A stretch of DNA of 63,957 nt, filler included, from Octopus bimaculoides (lineage: Eukaryota): the NCBI RefSeq assembly GCF_001194135.2. It is 7 parts of 7 records of this genome, joined end to end, with 100 filler letters (N's around TTAATTAATTAA, not from the genome) between each part and the next. Parts side by side here need not be neighbours in the genome. Positions count along the whole stretch, not along the records: positions 8,767 to 32,925 come from NC_069002.1; 6 more parts are not named here. One strand, 5' to 3'. The notes beneath the pieces were generated by a model. The model saw nothing but the letters and a program-made list of their open reading frames with translations, did no database searches and had not been told where the DNA came from. Made by a program: the position numbers and the translations under genes. This document shows, one piece after another, positions 12,926-25,600 of this stretch (its first letter is position 1; each line of letters starts with the position of its first letter).

Positions 12926-13200
12926 ATGGGGTTCCTCCAAGCGAACTCTGATGTAACATTACTTGACAGGGTGCACAGCTTGCAGATCAGAGCATCTCTT
13001 CAGGTTGAACTGCTACTTCTCTGCATTGAGAGATCACAGCTCAGGTATTATGAACAAGTAATTAGAATGTTGCAGGAAATAATTACAAAACTGGTTCTTC
13101 AAGACGAGCCAACGTGCAGGAGCCATATGGAGTAGACCAAGGAGGAGATAGTTGGATAATATCCATAGTCTCAACTGGCCATGCTTGGGAATTTGGCCAG
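12926..13200 (+). mobile_element. RTE-clade LINE C-terminal fragment
   Basis: VTLLDRVHSLQIRASLQVELLLLCIERSQLRYYEQVIRM resembles RTE VTLLDKVRSSEIRxxLxVEPLLLRIERSQLRWFGHVxRM. Confidence 0.7.
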
Positions 13201-13727
13201 AAAGTGTAAATGTCATTTGCTTCTGATAGGACCTTATTAACCCATTACCTCCCATAATTCTATTAACTGGAATTTTTTTTATGAAACTTTGATTTCTAAT
13301 ATAAAACAGCCTTAGAAACACGCTGGAATGATCAAAATAACATTTCAAAATAACATTTCAAAATAACATTTTAAATAGAAATAAGCAAGATATTGGATGA
13401 AAAATTAGCAAACCTCATTTGAATATCAGAGAAATATACCTAGTAGATATAGCAAAAAGGTTAGATATGTGTAAATATTGACAGATAATTATGAAATTTG
13501 CAATTTTTATGTGATCTCATATGGTAGGTAATGGGTTAAAGAGAAGACTGATGTCTCTACCCCAATGACCATCCCATGAATAGCAAGTAGAGAAGATAGT
13601 TGGATGGATTTTACTAGAACCTTCCAAATTTGTTTTAAGAAAATATTTTTAAAGAACTGAGACCAAAACCTATGCGCAGTGTGGCACTATTAGAAATAAG
13701 AATGAGAAAAAGAGTGAAATCACCCAC

Positions 13728-13853
13728 CAGTACTTTGAAGTTGTTTCTTTAAGACTTTCCGAATCCTTCGTTCACTATAACCATTCTCTAAGAAGGTCAG
13801 CACACGAGGCTGCTGCAGACATAATTGCAGTTTACTTCTCCAGGATTCAGAAG
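13728..13853 (-). CDS. IAP-like gene: UBA-domain-like exon (126 nt, phase 1-1)
   Basis: ttttggttttgttaacag|...|GTGGGT. Reads SESWRSKLQLCLQQPRVLTFLENGYSERRIRKVLKKQLQST(G), similar to the IAP UBA pattern PxVxxxLEMG(F/Y)SxxxVxxxVxxxLxxTG. Confidence 0.7.
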
Positions 13854-14921
13854 CTGTTAACAAAACCAAAAAAAGAATAATTTAGAAAATTCTGAAAATC
13901 ACATGGCAAGAAGTCAGTGTTTTCTTGGCGTCATCACTTTATTGTATGTTTGTATGCATGTATGTGTGTGTGTATGTTTTTCTTTTTCACTTTTTAATTT
14001 AGAGTTCATTTTAACTGGCCAGCTGCTTGGTAGTAAGTTTCTCAAGGAAAGCATCTTGTTTTGTTCATTATCTTTAGATTTTAAAGGTCTTGTAGATTTT
14101 TTATTGTTGTGATCATTTGTAGAGAATTAAGGGGCTGCATGATCAGCCATGTTTTGTTCCAGGTGGGTTGTTACATATCCTGTTGCTCCAATAATACTAG
14201 ATAATACTGGATGAAACTGAAAGTTTATCTATTTGCAAACTCCTTATCAATGATCCATAAACGTTTTCTTTCTCCTGTATTTTTCTGACAACATAGTGTC
14301 CAGGGGCCAGCTGATTTACATAACACATCATTTTTTTTCTTGTGCTCCTACCACAACAATATCTGGCCCCATTTCTTTCTTTTTTTTTTCTTTGACACAT
14401 TAAATTCCAATATAATTGTAATCTACACCATCTGAAAGTATTTGCAGAAAATATCATTAAAAATACCTATTTTCCTGAAAGTTACGAGAAGAAAAATAAG
14501 GGGCGGAAGAATACACTTCTGTAATTAAGTTTAATCGACATAAGTAAATTAAATCCAGTTTTCCTATTCAGCTTTCTATTTCAACAACACCACCCAACAA
14601 ATATGAAAGAATATTGGAATCAACATAATTTGGATGACACTGGATTGAAATTATAATTTGTAGAAAGTAATGTTGCAAATATTGGCAACATTTATATTTT
14701 CCACAGTAAATTGAAATGCTGCAGTGAATAAGATTTGTGAGAGAAGCATGAACTTGAAATATTCAATAATAAAAGAAAGTTCAAAACTGCATTTTGATAA
14801 AAATATATTAACACTGGAATTTATACTAATTTTCCAGACAATCTAACATTAATAACTGCTTTTAGTACAAGTTATATAATTCCAGCTAATTAATAAGCAA
14901 CTTTCCCCATTATTATTATAG

Positions 14922-15425
14922 AGTGAGAGAGCAATGCATGCCATCAAAGTGACACTGGGGTATAAATATATGAAACCCAATTTACCCATCATGACTACTC
15001 ATCTAATAAGGATACACTCAACACGACACATGCATCACAACCACATGTGCGCAACATGGTGATCTCATATCAAGACAGACAGTGTATGACCTCATAGGTG
15101 GGGCCTAGTTAAAATTTTCTTCAGGTTGAGTATCCCATCCCATTCAAAAGGTCCCTGAATAAGGGTTGTTTAAGGATGTAGAAGGAAACACCCATGTTTC
15201 CACATGTGAATTATTCAAACTCCAAAGAATTCTTCTCAACATATGGCTGATGCTCCCCCACTACTTCTGCTTGGGATCAGAGATGCACATATCGTTAGCC
15301 ACCAAGGGACATGCTCAACTGGTTAAGGTCAAACAACTGACAAGCAAATCTGTGGTATTAAGCAGAATATTTGCTGCAGCCCATCTCCTACACCAAGACA
15401 AAACATGTACATGATAACATTTCCT
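14922..15425 (-). mobile_element. Unclassified retroposon 3' end (family E) with (AAT)n tail; second fragment at 33371-33480
   Basis: gagtgagagagca...catgccatcaaagtg...cccatcatgactac occurs in both places directly after (ATT)n. Confidence 0.6.
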
Positions 15426-17120
15426 ATGAGTTAAGATTAGAAGCCACAAGGCCAGTGCCTGATTAATATTGTTCAACTGGCACTTACTTTATTGACCCCA
15501 AAAGGATGAAAGGTTGACTTTGCCTTTCATCCTTTTGGGGTTGATAAAATAAGTACCAGTTGAACACTGGGGTCGATGTAATTGACTCATCCCTTACCCC
15601 AAAACTGCTGCCCTTGTGGCAAAATTTGAAATCATCATTGTTATTATGATTATTATTATTATTATTATTATCATCATCATCATCAGTGACATGTCACCAA
15701 AGACAATGTCATATTCCTGACAATAGCATTAAAAGACATCTCATTGACAACTACCGGTGTAAAATACATGACAAGTAAACATCTAAGCACTTTGATTGCA
15801 ACATATGACAAAACAGATGTGAAATAAATGACAGGCTTAAAGAGTTAATTCACCTAAACACCTCTCTTTCACTGTAGCTTGGTCTTCTACAATTAAAACC
15901 ATTTTTTTAAATGCAAGAATTATGAAGACATTGAAAAAAAAATTCATTTAATTTAGAGGAGGAAAAGTGATGTCCTTCACATTTTTTTACAGCGTCTCTA
16001 TGAATGATGGAAGAAAGGGAAGAAATTATTAATCAAACTAGTGACCTGCCCTGAATGCTTGCAGTAGAGTGGACTAAAACAACTCAGGTGTCAACTGGTG
16101 GGATTTTAGCCAAACCACAGATTAAGATGGCCTCTTCCAAAGTTTCTGTCCCCTAAATCTCAACCTGAAGCTGTGGTAGAAGACACTTGCCCAAGTGGTC
16201 ACCATCATTTTAATGCCCACTTTTCCATGCCTGTATGAACTGGACAGAGTTTATTGAAGTAGATTTTCTACAGCTGGATGCCCTTCCTGTCACCAATATT
16301 TGTGTTTTCAAGTGGAATGATATTTTTCCATGATCAGGCATGTTTATTTTACTGAATATTGGAAATGAATGACATTCATTTACAGTTATCATGTGCTGGT
16401 GCCACATAAAAAGCATCCAGTACATTCTATAAAGTGATAGGCATTATGAAGGGCATCCAGCTGTAGAAACCTTGCCAAAGCAGACAGAAGAACTTGTCTC
16501 AGTCTTATGGCTTGCCAACTCCTGTCAAGCTGTCCGACCCATGCCAGCATGGTAAATTCTTGGTGTATTAAATAATTGTGATAGGATATTAAAAATAAAG
16601 TTGTTTTTTGCCGACCACCAGTGGGGCATACATTTTTCCGGAAAGTTATAGTGGGGCCTGGTTGGGGAAATAGGTTAGGAAACACTGCTATAGTTTCTCT
16701 GTCATATGAAAAGGTATAGAGAATACCTCTGATATATGTGAAGTCTACCCCCTCCTCTCTCTATTTGCTGGAGTGTCCCTCTCATTTAGAAGAGGGTTGG
16801 GGCTAACTCTTTTATTGAGTACAGAGTACAAAAAAAAGTACATTACTGACCACAAAAAAAAAAAAAAAGTGAATCCCTTTAACAAGAACCTTGTGCTTGG
16901 CAACTATGGCACTACATCTGACCATAATTTCCCCATGCACCACATTGGGAATCACTGCTCTATGTATAACCTTTATGTAGTAGAAAGACTACATCTCTCC
17001 TTCAAGTACAGGAGTCCTCTACGGTCTTTACATAGGACTACAATATGCAAGGTACTCATAGCCATTTTTTCTCAATGCAAGACAAGGTAGCAACAGTAAA
17101 ATACTTAATAAAATACTTAC

Positions 17121-17148
17121 TTGTTTCTTGAGAAGAAGGAACATGTAA
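17121..17148 (-). CDS. IAP-like gene: 28-nt exon (LHVPSSQET, phase 0-1)
   Basis: tttctttgtttctttgcag|...|GTAAGT; bridges the phase-0 upstream exon to the phase-1 UBA exon. Confidence 0.55.
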
Positions 17149-17797
17149 CTGCAAAGAAACAAAGAAATACAATAATAAGTAGACCGAGATGACACAATAC
17201 AACTTATTGTATAAGATCTACAGGTAAAACTAACAAACAAAGCTGGTTTTGATATTCTGAATTACACTTCCTGTCTAATAACAATGAAAAAAATTAGTCA
17301 CATCATAGCACGAGTGTGCCTCTATGTGGTCACTCAACATGCTAGAAATAGCAGTAAGATCTCTCCCAACTGATCATAGTATCATTTAAGGGAAAAAAAG
17401 GGTGGGGGCATATTTGAGAATGTAGTTCTAGATACACTATTAAATGATTGAAAATGTAAGATGTGTTGTTAATTAATTAAGTTATAACTTTTCAAATTGT
17501 TAAACACCACCTATGAAAATGAAACTTCTTATATCACTTGCAACACCCCTCTCTACTCTCTACTAAGTCGATTAAATCGATTACATTAACCCCAGTGCTC
17601 AACTGGTATTTATTTTATCAACCTTGAAAGGATGAAAGGCAAAGTCAACCGTGGCAGAATTTGAACTCCGAACATGAAGTCGGGAAAAGCACTGCTATGC
17701 ATTTTTTCCAGTCTGCTAACAATTTGGCCAGCTCACTGCCTTGCATATATAAATATTAAAACATTTTCATCTCTTATGCTTGTCGTCATTGTCATCT

Positions 17798-18222
17798 TCA
17801 TCATTGTTTTAACGTCCCCTTTTCCATGCCTGCATGGGTCGTTGAGGCAGGTTTTCTACAGCCAATTGTCCCTCTTATCACTAACTCTCACTTGTTTCCA
17901 AGCAAGGTAATATTTCTTCATGGCTGGATAAGTTTGCATGGAATGTAAGAAACAAAAGAACACCACTTGTAGGATGGTGATGCTCGTTTACAACTACTGT
18001 ATGTTGCTAAAACAAGAACACAAACACACATGCGCATGTGTAGACACACACACACACACACACAGAATAGACTTCTTTCAGGTTCCATCTACCAAATCTA
18101 TTCACAAGGCTTTGGTTGGCCCAGGGCTTTAGTAGAAGATGCTTGTCCATGGTGCCATGCAGTGAGACTGAAACCAAAACCATGTGGCTGGGAAGTGAAC
18201 TTCTACCTACACGACCAAGCCT
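17798..18222 (-). mobile_element. Composite SINE: family A head + (CA)n + old D-like tail
   Basis: The same architecture recurs at ~20484-20835 and ~27000-27372. Confidence 0.7.
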
Positions 18223-18742
18223 GCAACTATCGATTGTTGATAACTCAAAAAACACCAAAAACAAAAAAAAAAAATGAAAAACTATGAATAAAAGACGAGG
18301 TGGTCACAGCATACATCTTTGATCGTACATCTGCTGCATCAAAATTGATCTGAGACTAAAACGACAGTTACTGGTCGTCACCTTGTGTTTAAAACTTGAA
18401 TTATGCTTCTTGCATTCGTTCCCACCTCATGTTTCCATGTGGAAAATGGTGATATCATATATCATCATCAAAGCTTTCTATACTCGCATGAGTCGAATGG
18501 AGTCTTTTTTTTTTTTTATTCTGAGACAGATTTTCTACGGCTGGATGCTCTTCCTGATGTCAACCCTAACCAAATTTCCCCCATGGATAGATAGACATGC
18601 TTTTGCAGAACAGTGGAAATGAATGACAATGTATACCAACAACACTCATTTACAACTATCATGTGATGTCAAACCAAGGAGACACAAACATACTCACACT
18701 CACTCACTCATATGCCACAAATACATGCACACGTGCGGGCGC

Positions 18743-18780
<38 letters not shown>

Positions 18781-18990
18781 ATGTGTATCACCATCATTTA
18801 ATGTCCATTTTCCATGCTGGCATGTGTCGGACAGTTTGATAGGAGCTGGCAACCTTACCAGGCTCCATTGTCTGCCTTAGCATGGTTTCTACAGCTGGAT
18901 GCCCTTCCTAATGACAATCACCTTACAGTGTGTGTGTGGGTGTATATGTGTATATATATGTGTGTGTGTGTGTGTATGTATGTATATATA

Positions 18991-19044
<54 letters not shown>

Positions 19045-19309
19045 CATACATACATACACACACATATGTGTGCGTGTGTGTCTTTGTCCCTCCACCACCA
19101 CCACCATTGTTTGACAATCACTGATGGTGTGTTTATGTCCCTTGTAACCTAGCGGCTCGGCAAAAGAAACCGATAGAATAAGTACTAGGCTTACAAAAGA
19201 ATATGTCCTGGGGTTGATTTCTTTGACTAAAACCCTTTGAGGCAGTGCTCCAGCATGGCCACAATCAAACGGCTGGAACGTAAAAGAGCAAGCCTCTATA
19301 AAAAAAACC

Positions 19310-19456
19310 ATGCATTATCTCGTAGTTTTGAGATCTTTGATGATATGACTATATTTCTAGACTGACATTGTAGGCTAGGTGTGAGAGGCCAGAATGAACA
19401 TAAAACAAGTACGGTATTTTGGCCTGATGTGGCTGGTTTAAACGCTAAAGGGTTAA
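19310..19456 (-). mobile_element. piggyBac-like MITE (family G) fragment
   Basis: Ends aaagggTTAA; homologous to 30280-30396, 49830-49960 and 52647-52880. Confidence 0.7.
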
Positions 19457-19807
19457 CAAGACTCAAACCCTGTTCTAACTGCTTGATTACAATACAGGGA
19501 GCCTGCCATTCCATCTTGTGATACTAGATTCAGTAAGTGTTTTGCTGATTTATCTCTGCAGCATATTTAGTCAGTCACTTAGCACTAGCAGCATAGGTTG
19601 TTCAGCTCATGTTCAGCTTAGCAAGGTGTTACACCACTTTGGTCCAATGTTTGCCACAAGAAACAATAACCTCGTGAATTATTTCAAGGGAACCTTTCAA
19701 ATAAAAGACAAATTCACAGCAGGAAAATTTCTTTTGTATTTTGAAGAAAAGACAAAACAAAACAAAATAAAACAAAACAAAAACACCCATGAAGAAATTC
19801 TACTCAC

Positions 19808-19906
19808 TGGACGGTACTTGTCTGTTTGCTGGGTGGGGTCTTTTTTGCAAACTTTTGCTTCTCTCCAGTCATTGGGCTCGATTCCAAGGAGCCTATGGGG
19901 CTGGAT
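19808..19906 (-). CDS. IAP-like gene: 99-nt exon (IQPHRLLGIEPNDWREAKVCKKDPTQQTDKYRP, phase 0-0)
   Basis: tttttgttttattttaaacag|...|GTGAGT; open and phase-compatible with the downstream exons. Confidence 0.55.
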
Positions 19907-20373
19907 CTGTTTAAAATAAAACAAAAATAGAAATTAAAATGGATTCCTTGTCCAATTTTCAGCTATGGAACGTCAATATAAACAAGGCTTAGAAGGTCTT
20001 CAAAGATCTGAATTCTGAACATAAAGAGCTAGAAGAAATGCCATGAAACATTTTGTTTGACGCACTAACGATTCTGCCAGCTCACTGCCTTTCTGGACCG
20101 AAGTAATAAGAACAAGAGAGACACAAACTATAATCAAAAATAATTCTTCTGAATGGTCAGATGTGATCAATATAATTGTCGTTAATTATGATAATTATTG
20201 GAGTCACGATATCAGTTTTAATGAAAGATGCGACAACTATAAAATGATGTTGGTTAATTAACTGTAAACTTCTTTTCTCCTTGTGAACTGAATCAATCAT
20301 TTCTGTAGACAAGGACTTTTCTCCTGTCCATCTGGAGAGACTTAGTAGACAATGTTACACATTATTCTTCATT

Positions 20374-20466
<93 letters not shown>

Positions 20467-20879
20467 AGAGAGAGAGCTCATGTAATTCATCATCATCAGC
20501 ATTTAACATCCACTTTTCCATGCTGTTCGACAGGATTTGTTGAGGGCAGATTTTCTACACTCAGATGCCCTTACTGTTGCTAAACCCTTTCCTGCTTTCA
20601 AGCAAGGTAATAATTTCACCATGGCTGGGCATGTTTTTCACAAAAGGCTGGAAACACACATCACTGCCTGTATAACAGTGATGCTCATTTACAATCATCA
20701 CATGACATCAAAACAGGAGTACAACAACACACACACATGCAATGGGTTTCTTTCAGTTTCCATCTCCCAAATTCATTCACAAAACTTTTGGCTATAGTAG
20801 AAGACACTTATCCAAAGTGCTGCACAGCCATGCATGCTGTCAGCACCATTTTCCTGGCTCCAGTTTCTCATCTCTCATC

Positions 20880-21180
20880 AGAGTTGCCCTGAGAGAGTTC
20901 AAGAAGCACCAGTACTTCAATGCACCCAAATGTTTCTTTGGTTTAAGGGGTGTAATCCAGGCAGAAGAACTGTTCAATGCTGCAAGCGGCAGCAACATTA
21001 TTTAATCAATACTCGTAAGTCACCATTAGAAAAAAGACCCATGGAGAAAAGCCAAGGCAGAGGTGCTGTAACAGAGACTCCAATCTCTGAAAAGTACAAA
21101 TGTGTTTTCATGTGTACGCATACCTCAGCTGGTACCAAGTGCTGTGGGGCAGACAGTCAAATGTCTTACATACGTTGACC
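20880..21180 (-). mobile_element. Very degenerate LINE reverse-transcriptase fragment
   Basis: VNVCKTFDCLPHS resembles the RT motif xDxxKAFDxVxH; many stops. Confidence 0.3.
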
Positions 21181-21645
21181 ATTTTTCTAGTACTGTGGTC
21201 AAAAGTCGGTCATTTCTTTCACTTTCCACCCATATCTTTACTTTAAGGTCACCAAAATTCTCTCCAATATCAATTTCTGTCTGTTTCTTTATTAAAGATT
21301 TCAGCAGTAATTAACAATTTATCTGTTCTGTTAATTTAGATTATCTATTGATAAATTGCGAAAGGTTTAATTCAATTGACAAGGCGCATCCTAACTACCT
21401 ATCTGTTTAGATGAAGCTCTCCATGTTAAATCAACTGACTTGGTGCATCTCTAACCACTTGGCTATTTTGATGAGGCTGTCCCCATTAATTTAGTCAACT
21501 AGATACACCCTTAACTTACAACTTGTCTATATAAATGAAGCTGTCCCCATCAATTCAGTTGACACTAGTTGCACTACTGTGTCTATTTAGATAAGGCTGC
21601 CCTCACTAAATCAGTTGATTAGGTGTACCATTCGTCTATTCAAAT

Positions 21646-21876
21646 CAATGGTCCTCAACAGGGGTCCGTATTAAATTTTGTTCTTAAAATTTATGTGAAA
21701 TAAATTGGTTATACTTCAACCATACACAAAATATACAATTTTTTAATATAATTCCTAATATTGAATTATAACGATACAATAAAGTTTCTTTCACACATTG
21801 AATGGGGATGAGGGTTCACCCGAGTAAAGAAGGGACCAAAAGGGGTTCATAGGCAAAACATGGATGAGAATCACTA
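21646..21876 (+). mobile_element. hAT (Charlie-like) MITE
   Basis: Ends caatggtcctcaac / gatgagaatcacta resemble CAGTGGTTCTCAAC / GTTGAGAACCACTG. A similar 3' end lies at ~16670-16690. Confidence 0.6.
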
Positions 21877-21971
21877 GTCTAAATTCATTTGACTAGGGAC
21901 ATCCCTAACAACCTGTCTATTTAGATGAATCTATCACTGTTAATTGTTTTGATTTGGTGCACCTCTAACTA

Positions 21972-22335
21972 GTTGGCACTCCATCGCTTACAACGTCAAG
22001 GATTCCAGTTGATCCAATCAACGGAACAGCCTGCTCGTGAAATTAACGTGCAAGTGGCTGAGCACTCCACAGACACGTGTCGGGGATATTCAGCGTGACA
22101 CAGTGTGACAAGGCTGACCCTTTGAATTACAGGCACAACAGAAACAGGAAGTAAGAGTGAGAGAAAGTTGTGGTGAAAGAGTACAGCAAGGTTCACCACC
22201 ATCTCCTGCCGGAGCCTCGTGGAGCTTTAGGTGTTTTCGCTCAATAAACACTCACAACGCCTGGTCTGGGAATTGAAACCGCGATCCTATGACCGTGAGT
22301 CCGCTGCCCTAACCACTGGGCCATTGCGCCTCCAC
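21972..22335 (-). mobile_element. SINE family C with 13-bp TSD (gcacctctaacta)
   Basis: TSD at 21959-21971 and 22336-22348. Confidence 0.92.
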
Positions 22336-23274
22336 GCACCTCTAACTAACCGTCTAGATAATTGACTTAGGTTGGTAATAAGCCTTAGGATTCATAAGGC
22401 CAGAGCTTAAGTCAGGTTCCATGGCATATAAGTGACGGAGATTACACCATGCCCTACTGAACAGGGTACTCCCCTGCTGTTACTAGAACTCCTTTACAAG
22501 TGAGTGAACTGGAGGAATGTGAAATGAAGTGTTTTGCTCAAGAGTACAGTGCCCTACCTTGTCTGAGAATCAAAACCTCAACCATAACATCATGAATGCA
22601 ACACCCTAACCAACAAGTCACAGGCTGCCCTTAATTAAGCTATGTGCTCCCCTAACTATCTAGCTGTTTAAATAAAGCTATCCTTGTTAATTAAGTTGAC
22701 TAGGTGCACTCATAACCACCTGTCTATTTAAACAAAACTAATCTTGTTAATTAAGTTTACTAGGTACATCCCTTACTAACTGGCTATTTAAACAAATCTC
22801 TCCTCTTCCCCGCAGCTTTGTCAAACACCTTAAATGAAAGCACGCACACACATACACACACACAAATATATTATTTTAATAGGATTACCAACAATTCGAA
22901 ATAATAAATAAACCCTGCAGCTATGTTTCTTTGTTGAATATCAACTATTTTAAGGGGAAAGGCTGATTAAAGTGGATTACTGGTGGCAGTAAAAGTTTAT
23001 TGGGGGTACAAATGCAAGGAAGAGGAGTAAGCTCTTTTTTTCTTTTTCTTTTTCTTTCAACACAGTGTGACACATGTTGATTAAGTTAATCAATAACTTG
23101 GTTGCTGTTTAGCTCAAGATCAAACCTAATCAAGCAGACTTATGATCAAAGATGTTTCATCCATGACTACCCTGTCTTGTTTTAGCAGATGTGGGACTAC
23201 ATTATATAATGTATTCATTTTGTTTGTATATTTTCAGGCAATAGACTGTAACTTGAGGGGGATTTATTTACACA

Positions 23275-23674
23275 GGCGCAGGAGTGGCTGTGTGGTAAGT
23301 AGCTTGTTTACCAACCACATGGTTCCGGGTTCTGTCCCACTGCGTGGCACCTTGGGCAAGTGTCTTCTACTATACCCTCGGGCTGACCAAAGCCTTGTGA
23401 GTGGATTTGGTAGACGGAAGCTGAAAGAAGCCCGTCGTATATATGTATGTGTGTATATATGTTTGTGTGTCTTTGTTTGTCTCCCCCACCATCGCTTGAC
23501 AACCGATGCTGGTGTGTTTACGTCCCCGTAACTTAGTGGTTCGGCTAAAAGAGACCGATAGAATAAGTACTAGGCTTCCAAAGAATAAGTCGATTTGCTC
23601 GACAAAAGGCGGTACTCCAGCATGGCCACAGTCAAATGACTGAAACAAGTAAAAGAGTAAAAAGAGTAAGAGAG
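23275..23674 (+). mobile_element. SINE family A, full length
   Basis: ggcgcaggagtggctgtgtggtaag head through the gagtaaaaagag tail. Confidence 0.9.
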
Positions 23675-24179
23675 TTTCTCTAGCAAGCTGAGTAACCCTC
23701 CGTTGACAAATTATACCTTGTACTCTGACAGAGTAGGGAGAAATGATGAGACATAAATATCATAGTTGGTATGTATGTTACAAGTATAAATGGATAATAC
23801 TCAGCTATAGATTAAGGACTCTACCTAAGGACCTTACAGCAAGGAGAGATAGAGAGTAAGACTCGCTGCACATTCATGAGCTACTGGATAAAATACAATG
23901 CCAGATCAACCAAGGTTTATATAGATAAATTTTTAAATGTTCTATTATTAGCTTATTAAAATATTTAACAGTTTCTTCATTTTTTTCTGGGATTATAGTT
24001 TTTAAGTTAATCTTATCCATCAAATCACTGTCGCATGCATTTGTATCAGTGGCTTAGTGAATAACATTGTTATTAATCTTAGTTTAAAACTAACTGTCCC
24101 AAGTTCTAATCCAGTCTGGTACTGTAAATACATCCAAGAATAAAACAATAAATGATTAGTACTTAATTTTTTTTAAAGC

Positions 24180-25600
24180 CTGGTTACTTATCCTATCGGT
24201 CTCTTTTGCCAAACCACTAAGTTATGGGGACAGTAAAAAAACAACAACCTAACACTGGTTGTCAGGTGGTAGTAGGAGACAAACACACATACAAATGACA
24301 AGCTTCTTTCAGTTTCTGTCTACCAAACGCTTGGTGCTTATAGTAGAAGACACTTCCCCACGGTGCCATGCAGTGGGACTGAATACAGAACCATGTGGTT
24401 GGGAAGGAACTTTTTACTACACAGCCATACTTGCATTCATAAAAAAAAAAAAATGCTTAATCTCTAAAAATGAAATTAATTAGTCCAAATAATTATAGTC
24501 TTATTAACATTTCTCACATTTAGTAATTTTTCTGTTTAAAAAAAACCCTCCAAAAAACAAAGTATTTTTTTTGATGATGGTATAAGACTTCTTGTTTCAA
24601 CCAGTTTAATCCATGTTCATTCTCAGGCGGTGTGTCTATGTAGACAAGTTCAGGTTGATATTGAACTAGAAAACATTTGTTTCATACAGTTTTTCTAATA
24701 CCCTTATCAACTATGCCTTTCAGATAAAATAGACCTTATCCTCGTTAGTCCCTGCCAATTAATTGGTTGTTAATTCGTATCTGCTGCTGGTGTTTCGCTG
24801 CTTTTGATGCAGGACACAGCATTCTCCTTCAATTCACAAAATTGCTGAGAAGAATTGATACAAGACCAACACAGTAATGTCCACTCTCACATCAGAGAAC
24901 CACAAATGATCAATGGTCTTAGTTGGCTTAACAGAGCTGGATTCTGCATATGATAACTGGACGTATGTGATGGTCAGCATGTGTGTGTGTGTTAACTTAT
25001 CACCTTAAATCCATTACCACAAACACCACTATCATCATCATCATCATCATCATCATCATCGTTTAACGTCCGCTTTCCATGCTAGCATGGGTTGGACGAT
25101 TTGACTGAGGACTGGTGAAACCGGATGGCAACACCAGGCTCCAGTCTGATTTGGCAGAGTTTCTACAGCTGGATGCCCTTCCTAACGCCAACCACTCACT
25201 CTATATAGTTACTCAATTTGCTAGAGAGGACAGCCAAATCTTCCTCAAACCTTTTATCTTTTACTTGTTTCAGTTATTCGACTGCAGCCATGCTGGGGCA
25301 CCAACTTGAGAAATTTTAGTTGAACAAATGAACCCCAGAACTTGTTTTTTATTTTTTAAAGCCTAGGACTTATTTTTTCATTTTCTTTTGCTGAACCACT
25401 AGGTTATGGGGATGCAAACAAACATATACATATATACTACGGGCTTCTTTCAGTTTCCATCTACCAGATCCACTCACAAGGATCTGGTCAGTCCAAGGCT
25501 ATATAGAAGACACTTGCCCAAGATGCCATGAAGCAGGACTGAACCTGGAACCATGTGGCTGGAAAGCAAACATCTTACCATACAGACACTACTGCACCTT
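24180..25600. mobile_element. Cluster: degenerate family A copies (-; ~24180-24435 and ~25258-25600) and a family D copy (~25030-25197)
   Basis: Similarity to other in-window copies. Confidence 0.75.

Larger units (their letters stand above)
21340..22800. repeat. Degenerate ~55-62 bp minisatellite interrupted by later insertions
   Basis: Units like gtctatttagatgaagct...ttaatt(c/a)agttgactaggtg(c/t)ac..ctaac. Confidence 0.7.

Noticed and set aside
24560-24665. Possible minus exon QYQPELVYIDTPPENEHGLNWLKQE
   Set aside because: Acceptable acceptor but no credible donor; no motif recognised.
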